Of a DNA stretch of 64,000 bases, positions 34,172-43,525 are shown in pieces. The translations under genes were made by a program, and so were the position numbers. The notes below the pieces were generated by a model. The model had not been told where the DNA came from. It worked only from the letters and a program-made list of their open reading frames with translations, and made no database searches. Source of the DNA: Anaeromyxobacteraceae bacterium (GTDB lineage Bacteria; Myxococcota; Myxococcia; Myxococcales; Anaeromyxobacteraceae); contig JAULAX010000015.1 in the NCBI GenBank assembly GCA_032654565.1, positions 704,001 to 768,000 of the forward strand, in the 5' to 3' direction. Positions within the stretch are counted from its first letter, which is position 1; every line of letters begins with the position of its first letter.

Positions 34172-34864
34172 ATGGCCCAGCGCGAACCCGGCAGCTCCAA
34201 CCGGCAGGCGGTGATCGCCGCCGCCATCTTCGTGGTGGTGCTCGCCGCCGCCGCCTGGAAGGCCTGGGAGGTGACCCACCAGGTGGAGGCGCTGGCCCGG
34301 GCGGTGGCGCCCCCGCCCGCCGCGGCGCCCCCCCCGCCGGCCACCGAGCCGGTGGCCTTCGGCCAGCTCCTCCGCCACCGGGCCCCGCCGCTGGCCCCGC
34401 CGCTCAGCCTGCCCACCGTCGACGGCGGGCGCGTCGACCTGGCCGCGCTCAGGGGGCAGGTGGTCTTCGTGAACTTCTGGGCCACCTGGTGCCCGCCCTG
34501 CGCCAAGGAGATGCCGGGGATGGTGAAGCTGGGGCAGCGGCTGGCCGCCCGCCACCCCGGCCGGTTCAGGATGGTGGCGGTCTCGGTGGACGAGTCGGCC
34601 GACCTGGTGAACCAGTTCTTCAAGACCCCGGCGCAAGGGGGGCGGCTCCCCGCCGGTGTCACCGTGGCGCTCGACCCCGACGCCCGCCAGGTGGTCCGCC
34701 CCTGGTACTGCACCGGCCGCGGCGCCTGCGCGGCCGACGACGTGAAGTTCCCGGAGAGCTACATCCTCGACAAGGCGGGGCGGATCACCGCCTACGTCAT
34801 CGGCGACATGGACTGGTCGGAGCCGGCCGCCGAGGAGCTGCTGGAGCGGCTCATCAAGGGCTGA
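34172..34864 (+). CDS. TlpA/ResA-family membrane-anchored thiol-disulfide oxidoreductase
   Basis: N-terminal TM segment; VNFWATWCPPCAKEMP; FPESYILD. Confidence 0.92.
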   Translation: MAQREPGSSNRQAVIAAAIFVVVLAAAAWKAWEVTHQVEALARAVAPPPAAAPPPPATEPVAFGQLLRHRAPPLAPPLSLPTVDGGRVDLAALRGQVVFVNFWATWCPPCAKEMPGMVKLGQRLAARHPGRFRMVAVSVDESADLVNQFFKTPAQGGRLPAGVTVALDPDARQVVRPWYCTGRGACAADDVKFPESYILDKAGRITAYVIGDMDWSEPAAEELLERLIKG

Positions 34865-34991
34865 GGACCGGCTCGGCAGGTCACATTCCGAAGTGATGTC
34901 GGGGACTTGACGCGACGCGCCCAGACAGGGTGGCGGCGCCGACGTGGTACGCCCCGGGCGGGTCGCGATCCGCTTGGACGGCCCCCTTTTC

Positions 34992-35021
34992 TTGATGGGG
35001 GATCAGGCCATGCCCTATAAA
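34992..35021 (+). promoter_or_regulatory. Putative sigma70 promoter TTGATG-N18-TATAAA
   Basis: Near-consensus -35/-10 pair in an AT-enriched intergenic region about 65 bp upstream of the DapB-like gene. Confidence 0.45.
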
Positions 35022-35084
35022 GGTGCGTCAACCTTCGGAGATCCGGCCATTCCCGGACTCTGGATTGGACAGGCGAGGGCCGTC

Positions 35085-36062
35085 GTGGCCGAAGCAACCA
35101 TTCCAGTCGTGATCATGGGGCTCGGCGAGGCCGGGCGGGGGATCGCCCGGGCGGTGGTGGCGCGCCCCGAGCTCCGGCTGGTGGCCGTCATCGACACCGC
35201 GCCCACCCTGCTGGGGAAGAAGCTGGACCAGCTGCTCGGCCAGCCGGCCGGCGGGCTGGTGGTGGGCGCCGACGCGGCCCCGGCCTTCATCGAGGCCCGG
35301 GGCGGCGTGGTCATCATGGCCACCACCTCCTCCTTCGAGCAGGCGCTCCCCATCATTCGACGCGCAGTGAAGGCGGGCTGCTCGGTGGTCTCCACCTGCG
35401 AGGAGCTGGCCTGGCCCTGGCTTCACCACGAGTCAGAGGCCGACGCGCTCGACCTCTTCTGCGAGGCCCACGACGTGGCGGTGGTGGGCACCGGCGTCAA
35501 CCCCGGCTTCGCGCTGGACCGGCTGCCGGCGGTGCTGGCCCAGGTGGTGGGCGAGGTGCGCCACGTGCGCGGGCTGCGGGTGGTGGACCTGGCCGGCGCC
35601 GGCGCGGCGCTGCGGGCCCGCATGGGGCTGGGGCTGGACCCCGAGGCCTTCGAGGCGGCCGACCAGCGCGGCGAGCTGGGCCACGTCGGGCTGGCCGAGT
35701 CGACGGCGCTGGCCGCGGTCGGCTGCGGGCTGGAGTTCGACGAGGTGGACGAGGAGCTGACGCCGCTGGTCGCCGACGAGGACGGGCACGGCGTCAAGGC
35801 CGGGCAGGTGGCGGGCGTCCAGCAGGTGGCGCGCGCCTTCGCGGAGGGCCGGGAAGTGGTCCGGCTGGAGCTGGAGTTCGCCCTCGGCGCGGCGGAGCCG
35901 CGCGACGAGGTGGAGATCGACGCCGATCCGCCGCTGCGCGCGGTGGTGCCCGGGGGGATCCCGGGCGAGGCGGCCACCGCCAACGCCGTGGTGCACGCGG
36001 CGCTGGCCATCACCGAACGGCGGGGGCTGATCACGGTCCTCGACCTTCCGGCAGGGCGATAG
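35085..36062 (+). CDS. Dihydrodipicolinate reductase-like / 2,4-diaminopentanoate dehydrogenase-family NAD(P)-dependent oxidoreductase
   Basis: Rossmann motif GLGEAG, VVSTCEELAWP, GTGVNPGF, GGIPGEAATA; start uncertain. Confidence 0.82.
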   Translation: MAEATIPVVIMGLGEAGRGIARAVVARPELRLVAVIDTAPTLLGKKLDQLLGQPAGGLVVGADAAPAFIEARGGVVIMATTSSFEQALPIIRRAVKAGCSVVSTCEELAWPWLHHESEADALDLFCEAHDVAVVGTGVNPGFALDRLPAVLAQVVGEVRHVRGLRVVDLAGAGAALRARMGLGLDPEAFEAADQRGELGHVGLAESTALAAVGCGLEFDEVDEELTPLVADEDGHGVKAGQVAGVQQVARAFAEGREVVRLELEFALGAAEPRDEVEIDADPPLRAVVPGGIPGEAATANAVVHAALAITERRGLITVLDLPAGR

Positions 36063-36076
36063 GCTAAGGAGCCACC

Positions 36077-36514
36077 ATGCTCGACAAGTCGCTCATCGGC
36101 CGAGTCAGCGAGCCCATCCTCCACGAGGTGGAGAAGGGGGCCATCCGGCGCTTCGCCGAGGCGCTCGGCGATCCCAACCCGCTGGCGCTCGACGAGGCGG
36201 CGGCCCGCGCCGCCGGCTACCCCGGCCTGGTGGCGCCGCCCACCTTCGCCCTGACCCTGGGCTGGGGCGAGCGCTTCCGCCACTCCCTCGACCTCGGCAC
36301 CCGCTCCATGCTCCACGGCGAGCAGTCCTTCGAGTTCGGGCGCCCCCTGGTGTCGGGCGACCGGCTCACCGTCCGCAGCAAGGTGGCCGACGTTCAGGAG
36401 CGCTCCGGCGCCAGCGGCCCCATGGACGTCATCGTCATCGAGGACGAGGGGCGCGACGAGCAGGGGGTGATGGTCTTCCGGTCGCGGGCCACCTTCATCC
36501 TGCGGCGGGGGTAA
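36077..36514 (+). CDS. MaoC-family dehydratase, N-terminal-type subunit
   Basis: VEKGAIRRFAEALGDPNP, APPTF, LHGEQSF. Confidence 0.88.
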   Translation: MLDKSLIGRVSEPILHEVEKGAIRRFAEALGDPNPLALDEAAARAAGYPGLVAPPTFALTLGWGERFRHSLDLGTRSMLHGEQSFEFGRPLVSGDRLTVRSKVADVQERSGASGPMDVIVIEDEGRDEQGVMVFRSRATFILRRG

Positions 36515-36522
36515 CCGGGACC

Positions 36523-37392
36523 ATGACCATCAACGTGCGTCAGCTCTACTTCGAGGGCGTCAAGGTGGGCGACGAGCTCCCGCCGCTGGTCAAGCCGCCG
36601 GTGGACCGGCTGCAGATCGCCCGCTACGTCGGCGCCGCCGGCGACTGGAACCCGCTCTACATCGACGAGCCGCACGCCCGGGCCTCGGGCTTCCCCAGCG
36701 CCTTCGCCCCCGGCACCATCGGCATGGGCTTCCTCGCCGAGCTGGCCACCGACTGGACCCGGGGGGCGCGGCTGAAGCGGCTGCAGTCCCGCCTGGTCAA
36801 GTTCATCTGGCCCGGCGACGTTCTCACGGCGCGCGGGCGGGTGGTGGAGCGCCGCTTCGAGCCGGGCGACGCCTACACCATGGACCTCGAGCTCTGGGCC
36901 GAGAACCAGCGCGGCGAGCTGGTGACCCGCGGCCTGGCCACCTACCAGCTCTTCTACTCCGCCGACGACGAGTCCCGGCAGCGGGCCGGCCAGCCCCCGC
37001 TCCACGTCACCCAGGCCGAGGAGGAGGCGCGGCTGGCCCGGCTGAGCCGCGCCATGCCGCAGCGGCCGGCGGTGGTGCCGCGCCAGCTCCAGCCGGCCCG
37101 CCCCATCGCCGCTCCGCCGCCGCCGCCGGGGGCCGCCCACCTGGCGGCCAGGCCCCACCCGCTGGCCCGGCCGCCCCAGAAGCCGGTCCCGGTCCGGCCG
37201 GCCGCCGCCAAGGCGGCGCCGAAGAAGCCGGCCGGCACGCCGAAGACGAAGACGAAGACGAAGACGAAGCAGAAGCCCACGCAGGCCGCCCGGAAGCCGG
37301 CGGCCAGGCGACCGGTGGCGAAGCGGCCGGTCCGGAAGCCGGCGCCGAAGAAGAAGTCCGCGAAGAGGCCGGCGGCCAAGAAGAGGAGGTAG
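36523..37392 (+). CDS. MaoC-family dehydratase with Pro/Lys/Ala-rich basic tail
   Basis: VGDELPPL, YVGAAGDWNPLY, WPGDVLT; C-terminal KPAAKK-type low-complexity region. Confidence 0.85.
   Translation: MTINVRQLYFEGVKVGDELPPLVKPPVDRLQIARYVGAAGDWNPLYIDEPHARASGFPSAFAPGTIGMGFLAELATDWTRGARLKRLQSRLVKFIWPGDVLTARGRVVERRFEPGDAYTMDLELWAENQRGELVTRGLATYQLFYSADDESRQRAGQPPLHVTQAEEEARLARLSRAMPQRPAVVPRQLQPARPIAAPPPPPGAAHLAARPHPLARPPQKPVPVRPAAAKAAPKKPAGTPKTKTKTKTKQKPTQAARKPAARRPVAKRPVRKPAPKKKSAKRPAAKKRR
37243..37266 (+). repeat. (AAGACG)4 hexamer tandem repeat encoding KTKTKTKT
   Basis: Read directly from the sequence. Confidence 0.9.
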
Positions 37393-38312
37393 TGCCCCTC
37401 ACCGCGCCAGGCGGCGGGGAGCGGCGCGCCTGCGCGGTCGGCGCCGCAGGCGCCGGCGCACGAGGAGGCGCCTGCGCCCTGGCGCTCGCCGTCACCCTCG
37501 GCCTGGCCGGCTGTCCTCGCACGCCGGTCGAGCCTCCGGCCGCGCCCACCGGAGCGGCGGCGGTGGCCGCCGCCCTCGCCGAGGGAGACGCCGCCTGGGC
37601 CCGCCGCGCCGAGCCCGCCGAGCTGCAGGCCGCCCTGGCCGCCTGGCGCCGCGCCGCCGCGGCCGGCCCCGGGTCGCCGGACATCGAGCTGCGCCTGGCC
37701 CGCGGCGAGGGGTTCCGGGCCCTGGCCGCCCAGGCCCCCGCCGAGGCGCTGGCCGCCCACGAGGCCTCCTCGCGCGCCGCCGAGCGGGCGCTGCGGGCCC
37801 TGTCGCCCGCCTTCGCCGCCGCCGCGGCGCAGGGGCGGCCGCTGGCCGAGGCGGCCGGCCTGGTGGAGGCGCCCGGCGCCGAGCCGCTCTACTGGCTGGC
37901 GCTGGGGCGCTTCGGCGTGGCCCAGGAGACCGGCCCGGCCGCGGTGCTGGCGGTGAAGGACCACGCCCTGGCGCTGATGACGCGGGCGGCGGCGCTCGAC
38001 GAGCGGCTGGAGGCGGGCGGCCCGCTGCGGGCGCTGGGGGCCTGGTCGGCGCTGCTGCCGGCGGCGGCCGGCGGCGGCGTGGCAGCGGCGCAGGCGCGCT
38101 TCGACCGGGCCGCCGAGCTCTTCCCCGGCGAGCCCTGGCGGCGCGTCGACGAGGCCCGCACCCTGGCGGTGCTGCTGCAGGACCGGACCGCCTTCGAGCG
38201 GCTGCTGGGCGAGGTGCTGGCCGGGCCGGGGGAGGCCGAGCGGGGGCCGGAGCAGGCGGTGGCGCGGCGCCGGGCCGGCGAGTGGCTCGACAAGCGGGCC
38301 CGCCTGTTCTAA
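37392..38312 (+). CDS. TPR-like lipoprotein, TRAP-transporter TatT-component-like
   Basis: Lipobox LAGC; LYWLAL...ALDE...GGP...AGGG...FDRA...AVLLQDR...FERLL pattern; start uncertain. Confidence 0.65.
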   Translation: MPLTAPGGGERRACAVGAAGAGARGGACALALAVTLGLAGCPRTPVEPPAAPTGAAAVAAALAEGDAAWARRAEPAELQAALAAWRRAAAAGPGSPDIELRLARGEGFRALAAQAPAEALAAHEASSRAAERALRALSPAFAAAAAQGRPLAEAAGLVEAPGAEPLYWLALGRFGVAQETGPAAVLAVKDHALALMTRAAALDERLEAGGPLRALGAWSALLPAAAGGGVAAAQARFDRAAELFPGEPWRRVDEARTLAVLLQDRTAFERLLGEVLAGPGEAERGPEQAVARRRAGEWLDKRARLF

Positions 38313-38357
38313 GCGTCGCCCCTCCGGTGGCGGCCCGCCGGCCCCTGGAGATCCCAC

Positions 38358-39533
38358 ATGACCCACGCGAAGCTCGGCACCCTGGCGGTCCACGGCGGCG
38401 AGGACCAGATCTGGGCGGTGCCGTCGGTGAACACGCCCATCTTCCAGACCACCACCTACCGCTTCGACTCGGCCGCGGCGGCCGCCGCCTACCTCGAGGC
38501 GCCCGACGGCAAGTGGCTCTACTCGCGGCTGGAGAACCCCACGGTGATGGCCGCCGAGCGGAAGCTGGCGCTGCTGGAGGGGACCGAGCAGGCCGCCCTC
38601 TTCGCCTCCGGCATGGCCGCCATCCACGCGGCGCTGGTCGCCCACCTGGCGGCCGGCGACACGCTGCTCATCGCCGACACCATCTACGGCCAGACCACCC
38701 GGCTGGCCCGCACCATCCTGGCCCGCTTCGGCGTCAAGGTGCTGGAGGTGCCGCTCGACCGGCTGGCCGAGGCGGCGGCCGCCGCGCCGCCCGGCACCCG
38801 GGCCCTGCTCTTCGAGACCCCGACCAACCCCACCATGCGGGTGGTCGACGTGGCCGCGGTGGCCGCCGCCTGCCGGGCGCGCGGCATCCTCTCGATGGTC
38901 GACGCCACCTTCGCCACCCCCATCAACCTGCGCCCGGCGCTGCTCGGCGTCGACCTGGTCATCCACAGCGCCACCAAGTACCTGAACGGCCACTGCGATC
39001 ACCTGGCCGGCGCCGTGGCCGGGAACAAGGCGGCGCTGGCGCCGGTTCTGGAGGTGCGCCGGACCGCCGGCGGCACCATGGACCCGGCGGTGGCCTACGA
39101 CCTGATCCGCGGGATGAAGACCCTGGAGATCCGCATCGAGCGGCAGAACGCCACCGCGCTGCGCCTCGCCGAGGCGCTGGAGGGCCACCCCGCGGTGGCC
39201 CGCGTCCACTACCCGTTCCTGCGCTCCCACCCCGACCAGGCCCTGGCCCGGCGGCTGCTGCGCGGCGGCGGCGGCGTCCTCTCGCTCTCGGTGAAGGGCG
39301 GCTTCGAGCCCTGCTGCCGGGTGCACGACGCCCTGCGCATCGTGGCCCGGGCCTCCTCGCTGGGCGGGGTGGAGAGCCTGGCCTCGATCCCGGTCATCTC
39401 CTCCCACCGCAACGCCACCGACGCCGAGCTGGCCGCCCAGGGGATCGACCGCGGGCTGCTGCGCCTCTCGGTGGGGCTGGAGGACGCCGACGACCTGCTG
39501 GCCGACCTGGCCCAGGCCCTGGAGCGGGCGTGA
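38358..39533 (+). CDS. PLP-dependent Cys/Met metabolism enzyme (cystathionine gamma-synthase/methionine gamma-lyase family)
   Basis: YSRLENPT, FASGMAAI, ETPTNP, DATFATP, HSATKYLNGH (PLP Lys), SLGGVESL, RLSVGLE. Confidence 0.95.
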   Translation: MTHAKLGTLAVHGGEDQIWAVPSVNTPIFQTTTYRFDSAAAAAAYLEAPDGKWLYSRLENPTVMAAERKLALLEGTEQAALFASGMAAIHAALVAHLAAGDTLLIADTIYGQTTRLARTILARFGVKVLEVPLDRLAEAAAAAPPGTRALLFETPTNPTMRVVDVAAVAAACRARGILSMVDATFATPINLRPALLGVDLVIHSATKYLNGHCDHLAGAVAGNKAALAPVLEVRRTAGGTMDPAVAYDLIRGMKTLEIRIERQNATALRLAEALEGHPAVARVHYPFLRSHPDQALARRLLRGGGGVLSLSVKGGFEPCCRVHDALRIVARASSLGGVESLASIPVISSHRNATDAELAAQGIDRGLLRLSVGLEDADDLLADLAQALERA

Positions 39534-40327
39534 AGCCCCGCCTCGCCGCCCCCGGGCTGGCCCTGGCGGTGGCGGCGGTGCTGGCCGGCTGCCACCCGCG
39601 GCGGCCGCCCCCCGACCTCTCGCTCGACCCCACGGCGCTGCTGGCCGAGGTCCGGGCGGCGCAGGCCCGGGTGGTGAACGTGCAGGGGCGGGCCCGGGTG
39701 GGGGTCGACTCGCCGGGCGGCTCCGGCGGCGTCGAGCAGCTGCTGGTGGCCGAGCGGCCGGGGCGGCTGCGCCTCGAGACCCACGACTTCTTCGGCAACG
39801 TGGTGGCGGTGCTGGCGGTCGAGGCCGGCCGGCTGGCCCTCTACGACGCCCGGGCCGGGACCTTCCAGCGCGGCGCCGCCACCCCGGCCAACCTGGCGCG
39901 GCTGGTGCCGGTGCCGGTCACGCCCGAGGCGCTGGTGACCCTGCTCTGCGGCTCGGCGCCGCTCCTCGACGGCACCGCGGTGGAGGCCGAGCCGGGCGAC
40001 GGCGTCGTCCATCTCACGCTGCGTGAAGGCGACCTGGTGCAGCGGCTGCAGGTCGGCCCCGGGGCCGCGGTCCACGCCTCGCGGCTGCGGCGGCTGACGG
40101 CCGCCGGCGAGCGGCCCGCCGGGCTCGACGTCGACTTCTCCGACCACCGCAGCCGCGCCGGCCAGCGCCTCCCCACCGACCTGTCGGCGCGCGCCGTCGA
40201 GGCCGGGGTGGCCCTCTCGCTCCACTGGCGGGAGCTGGAGATCAACCAGCCGCTCGACCCCTCCCTCTTCCAGCTCGGCCCGCCGGCCGGGGCCCGGGTC
40301 GTGGATCTCGACCTGCCCGCGCCGTAG
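39530..40327 (+). CDS. Lipoprotein, DUF4292/LolA-LolB-like beta fold
   Basis: Lipobox LAGC; ERPGRLRLE...FFG; C-terminal NQPLDPSLF...PPAGA; GTG start overlaps the upstream stop. Confidence 0.7.
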   Translation: MKPRLAAPGLALAVAAVLAGCHPRRPPPDLSLDPTALLAEVRAAQARVVNVQGRARVGVDSPGGSGGVEQLLVAERPGRLRLETHDFFGNVVAVLAVEAGRLALYDARAGTFQRGAATPANLARLVPVPVTPEALVTLLCGSAPLLDGTAVEAEPGDGVVHLTLREGDLVQRLQVGPGAAVHASRLRRLTAAGERPAGLDVDFSDHRSRAGQRLPTDLSARAVEAGVALSLHWRELEINQPLDPSLFQLGPPAGARVVDLDLPAP

Positions 40328-40360
40328 GATCCCCCCTCACCGCCGCACCCCGGAGTCACC

Positions 40361-41062
40361 GTGGACCAGAACCTCCTCCAGCTCGTCAAGACGAGCTTCT
40401 CCCTCTGGGTGATCATCGTCTGCTCGGTGGTGGCCGTGGCCGCCGCGGTCGAGCGGGTCATCGCCCTCTGGGGCTTCGGCGACAAGGCGCGGGCGCTGGC
40501 CGACGCCGTGGGCCGCGCCCTCTACCGCGGTGACCTCGAGGACGGCCGGGCCCAGTGCGAGCGCTCCACCTCGGCGGCCGCCGAGATCTTCCTGGCCGCC
40601 CTGGTGGCCCTCTCGCCCAAGGGGGGCTCGCTGGCCGGCCGCCCGGCCACCCCGCCCGACGCCGGGCGGCTGGCGGCGGCGGTGGACCGCGAGCGGCAGC
40701 GGGTCAACCTGCGGCTGCGGCGGAGCCTCTGGATCCTCGGCACCGTGGGCGCCACCGCCCCCTTCGTCGGCCTCTTCGGCACCGTGGTGGGGATCATGAA
40801 CGCCTTCCACGACATGGCCCACACCGGCCAGGGCGGGTTCGCGGTGGTCTCGGCCGGCATCTCCGAGGCGCTCATCACCACCGCCGCCGGCATCGCCGTG
40901 GCGGTGCTGGCGGTGATCCTCTTCAACGCCCTCAACACCCGGGTGCAGCACCTGGCCCTGCAGCTGCGGCTCCTCACCGAGGAGTACCTGGAGCTGGTCA
41001 CCGAGCTGCTGCCCACCCTGCGCGCCGGGGCGCCGGCCCGCCCCACCGACGGGGAGGGCTGA
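40361..41062 (+). CDS. MotA/TolQ/ExbB proton channel family protein
   Basis: LGTVGATAPFVGLFGTVVGI, GISEALITTAAG. Confidence 0.93.
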   Translation: MDQNLLQLVKTSFSLWVIIVCSVVAVAAAVERVIALWGFGDKARALADAVGRALYRGDLEDGRAQCERSTSAAAEIFLAALVALSPKGGSLAGRPATPPDAGRLAAAVDRERQRVNLRLRRSLWILGTVGATAPFVGLFGTVVGIMNAFHDMAHTGQGGFAVVSAGISEALITTAAGIAVAVLAVILFNALNTRVQHLALQLRLLTEEYLELVTELLPTLRAGAPARPTDGEG

Positions 41063-41064
41063 CC

Positions 41065-41523
41065 GTGGCGCTGGGAGGCCCGAGCGGCGGCGGCCACGAG
41101 GGCGAGGGTGAGGGCGACGGGGCCATCTTCGCCGACATCAACATCACCCCGCTCACCGACATCTTCCTGGTCCTGCTCATCATCTTCATGGTGACCACCA
41201 CCGCCATCACCGAGTCGGGCGCCGACAAGGGCGGCTTCAAGGTGACCTTGCCCAAGGGCGGCAAGGGCGACGCCGTGGCGGCGCGCGACCTCTCCATCGC
41301 CATCCTCGCCGACGCCCGGGTGGTGGTGGGGGGCAAGGTGGTCGACGAGGCCGAGCTGCGCTCCATGCTGACGGCCTCGGCCGAGAAGAACCCGGAGACC
41401 CTGGTGCTGGTCCAGGCCGACGAGGGGGTGGCCCACGGCCGGGTGGTGGCGGTGATGGACCTGGCCCGGCGGCTCGGGCTGCAGCGGCTGGCCATCGCCA
41501 CCCGCGCCGAGGGCGGCAAGTAG
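41065..41523 (+). CDS. ExbD/TolR family protein
   Basis: INITPLTDIFLVLLIIFMV, ADEGVAHGRVVAVMD. Confidence 0.93.
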   Translation: MALGGPSGGGHEGEGEGDGAIFADINITPLTDIFLVLLIIFMVTTTAITESGADKGGFKVTLPKGGKGDAVAARDLSIAILADARVVVGGKVVDEAELRSMLTASAEKNPETLVLVQADEGVAHGRVVAVMDLARRLGLQRLAIATRAEGGK

Positions 41524-41619
41524 GCCTGCCCCCTGGCGATATCGCCCGCTGGCGCCGGCCGGCAAGTCAGGTGGGCCGCCGGCTCGACCCGGCCCCGGCC
41601 CGGCGTTACATTGAGCCCG

Positions 41620-42681
41620 ATGTCGTCCAAGAAGCGGTTGGGAGAATTGCTCATCGAGGCCGGCGTGATCGACGAGGCCATGCTCCAGTCGGCGCTGGGA
41701 CACCAGCGGCGCTGGGGAGGCCGGATCGGCCAGGCCCTGCTCGACCTCAAGCTCACCAGCGAGGCGTCCATCGTCGCGGCGCTGGCCCGCAAGCTGGGGT
41801 TCGAGGTGGCCCGGCTCAAGGCGCTGGAGCCCATCGCCCTGGAGTCGGCGCTCAAGCTGGTGGGCAAGGACTTCGCGGTGCGCCACACCATCTTCCCCAT
41901 GGCCGCCGACCACTCCACGCTCACCGTGGCCATGGCCGACCCCACCAACCTCTCCCTCTCCGACGAGCTGCGCTTCCGCACCAACCGGCGCATCAAGGTC
42001 TGCATCGGTGGCGACCGCGAGATCGCCGAGGCCATCCGGGTCCACTACCCGTCGACAGAGAACCAGCCGCTGGAGGCCATCTCCCTCGACACCGAGGTGA
42101 GCGGCGAGTTCCTGCCGCCGCTGGCCGATCCCTTCGGCGGGGGCCCCAGTGACCTGATGGAGCTGCAGATGCAGCGCGGCGCCCCGGCCGCGGCGGCGCG
42201 CCCGGCGGCGCCCGCCGAGGCGGTCCGGGAGGCGCGGGCCGAGCTGTTCGGCGCCATCCCCCGCGGCGGCTTCAACCAGCGGGACAACGTCGGCGACGTC
42301 GAGCTGACGCCGCTCCCGCTCCCCACCGCGCCGGTGGCGAGACCAGCCCAGACCCCGGTGCCGGCGCCGTTCCCCGCGGCGGCCCGGGCCCCCGCGCCCC
42401 CGGCTCCGACGCCGGCCCCCGTGCTCTCCCGGGCGGCCCCGCCGCCGCGGGTCAGCGACCTGGTGCTCGAGGAGGAGCTGGTCGAGGGGCGCATCCCGCT
42501 GCGGCCGCTCACCCCGAAGGAGATCGTCATCCTCGACGCCCTCGATCGCCTGGCGGCCGGCCAGGAGGACGTGCCGCTCCCGGTCAAGCCTTCCCAGGTG
42601 GCTGCGGCGCTGCTGCGCATCATGCTGCGCCAGAAGATCGTCACCCAGCAGGAGCTGCTGGACGAGCTGCTGCGTAAATAG
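41620..42681 (+). CDS. MshEN / GspE N-terminal domain protein without ATPase (putative c-di-GMP receptor)
   Basis: RLGELLIEAGVIDEAMLQSALGHQ matches the MshEN motif; LTVAMADPTN; no Walker A. Confidence 0.85.
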   Translation: MSSKKRLGELLIEAGVIDEAMLQSALGHQRRWGGRIGQALLDLKLTSEASIVAALARKLGFEVARLKALEPIALESALKLVGKDFAVRHTIFPMAADHSTLTVAMADPTNLSLSDELRFRTNRRIKVCIGGDREIAEAIRVHYPSTENQPLEAISLDTEVSGEFLPPLADPFGGGPSDLMELQMQRGAPAAAARPAAPAEAVREARAELFGAIPRGGFNQRDNVGDVELTPLPLPTAPVARPAQTPVPAPFPAAARAPAPPAPTPAPVLSRAAPPPRVSDLVLEEELVEGRIPLRPLTPKEIVILDALDRLAAGQEDVPLPVKPSQVAAALLRIMLRQKIVTQQELLDELLRK

Positions 42682-42691
42682 GAGCCTCCAC

Positions 42692-43507
42692 GTGAAGAAG
42701 ATCGAGCTCAACGCCGTGGTGACGCAGCGGATCGACCTGGCCCCCGGGCTGATGGTGCTGCGCATCGCCCCCCAGTCCGGGCCGGTGCCCACCTTCCAGT
42801 CGGGCCAGTTCGCGGTGGTGGGGCTGCCGGCCAGCGCCCCGCGCACGGCCCTGGCCGACCCCGAGGAGCCGGGCGCCGATCCCGAGCGCTTCATCCGCCG
42901 CGCCTACTCCATCGCCTCGCCCTCGATCCCCGGCGAGCACCTCGAGCTCTTCCTCACCCTGGTCCGCTCCGGCGAGCTGACGCCGCGCCTCTTCGCGCTC
43001 CAGCCCGGCCACAAGCTCTGGCTGGGGCCGAAGATCACCGGCCTCTTCACGCTGGCCGAGGTGCCGGCCGACCAGGACGTGGTGATGGTGGCCACCGGCA
43101 CCGGGCTGGCCCCCTACATGAGCATGCTGCGGGCCGGGATCACCGCCAACCCCAACCGACGCTTCGCGGTGCTGGTGGGGGCGCGCCACTCCTGGGACCT
43201 CGGCTACACCGCGGAGCTGACCACCCTGGCCCGGGTCTGCCCCAACTTCACCTACCTCCCCATCGTCAGCCGGCCCACCGACGAGCCGTCCGCCTGGGGC
43301 GGCGCCGTCGGCCACGTCCAGTCGCTCTGGCAGGGCGGGACCCTGGAGAAGGCCTTCGGCAAGAAGCCGCTGGCCTCGGACACCCACGTCTTCCTCTGCG
43401 GCAGCCCGCGCATGACCGAGGACATGACCACCCTGCTCACCGGCGAGGGGTTCCTGGTCCACGAGAAGGGGCGCCCCGGCCAGATCCACGTCGAGAAGTA
43501 CTGGTAG
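42692..43507 (+). CDS. fpr: Ferredoxin--NADP+ reductase
   Basis: RRAYSIAS, GELTPRL, ATGTGLAPY, FLCGSPRM, EKYW C-terminus. Confidence 0.93.
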   Translation: MKKIELNAVVTQRIDLAPGLMVLRIAPQSGPVPTFQSGQFAVVGLPASAPRTALADPEEPGADPERFIRRAYSIASPSIPGEHLELFLTLVRSGELTPRLFALQPGHKLWLGPKITGLFTLAEVPADQDVVMVATGTGLAPYMSMLRAGITANPNRRFAVLVGARHSWDLGYTAELTTLARVCPNFTYLPIVSRPTDEPSAWGGAVGHVQSLWQGGTLEKAFGKKPLASDTHVFLCGSPRMTEDMTTLLTGEGFLVHEKGRPGQIHVEKYW

Positions 43508-43525
43508 CGACCTCGGCGGCCGCGC

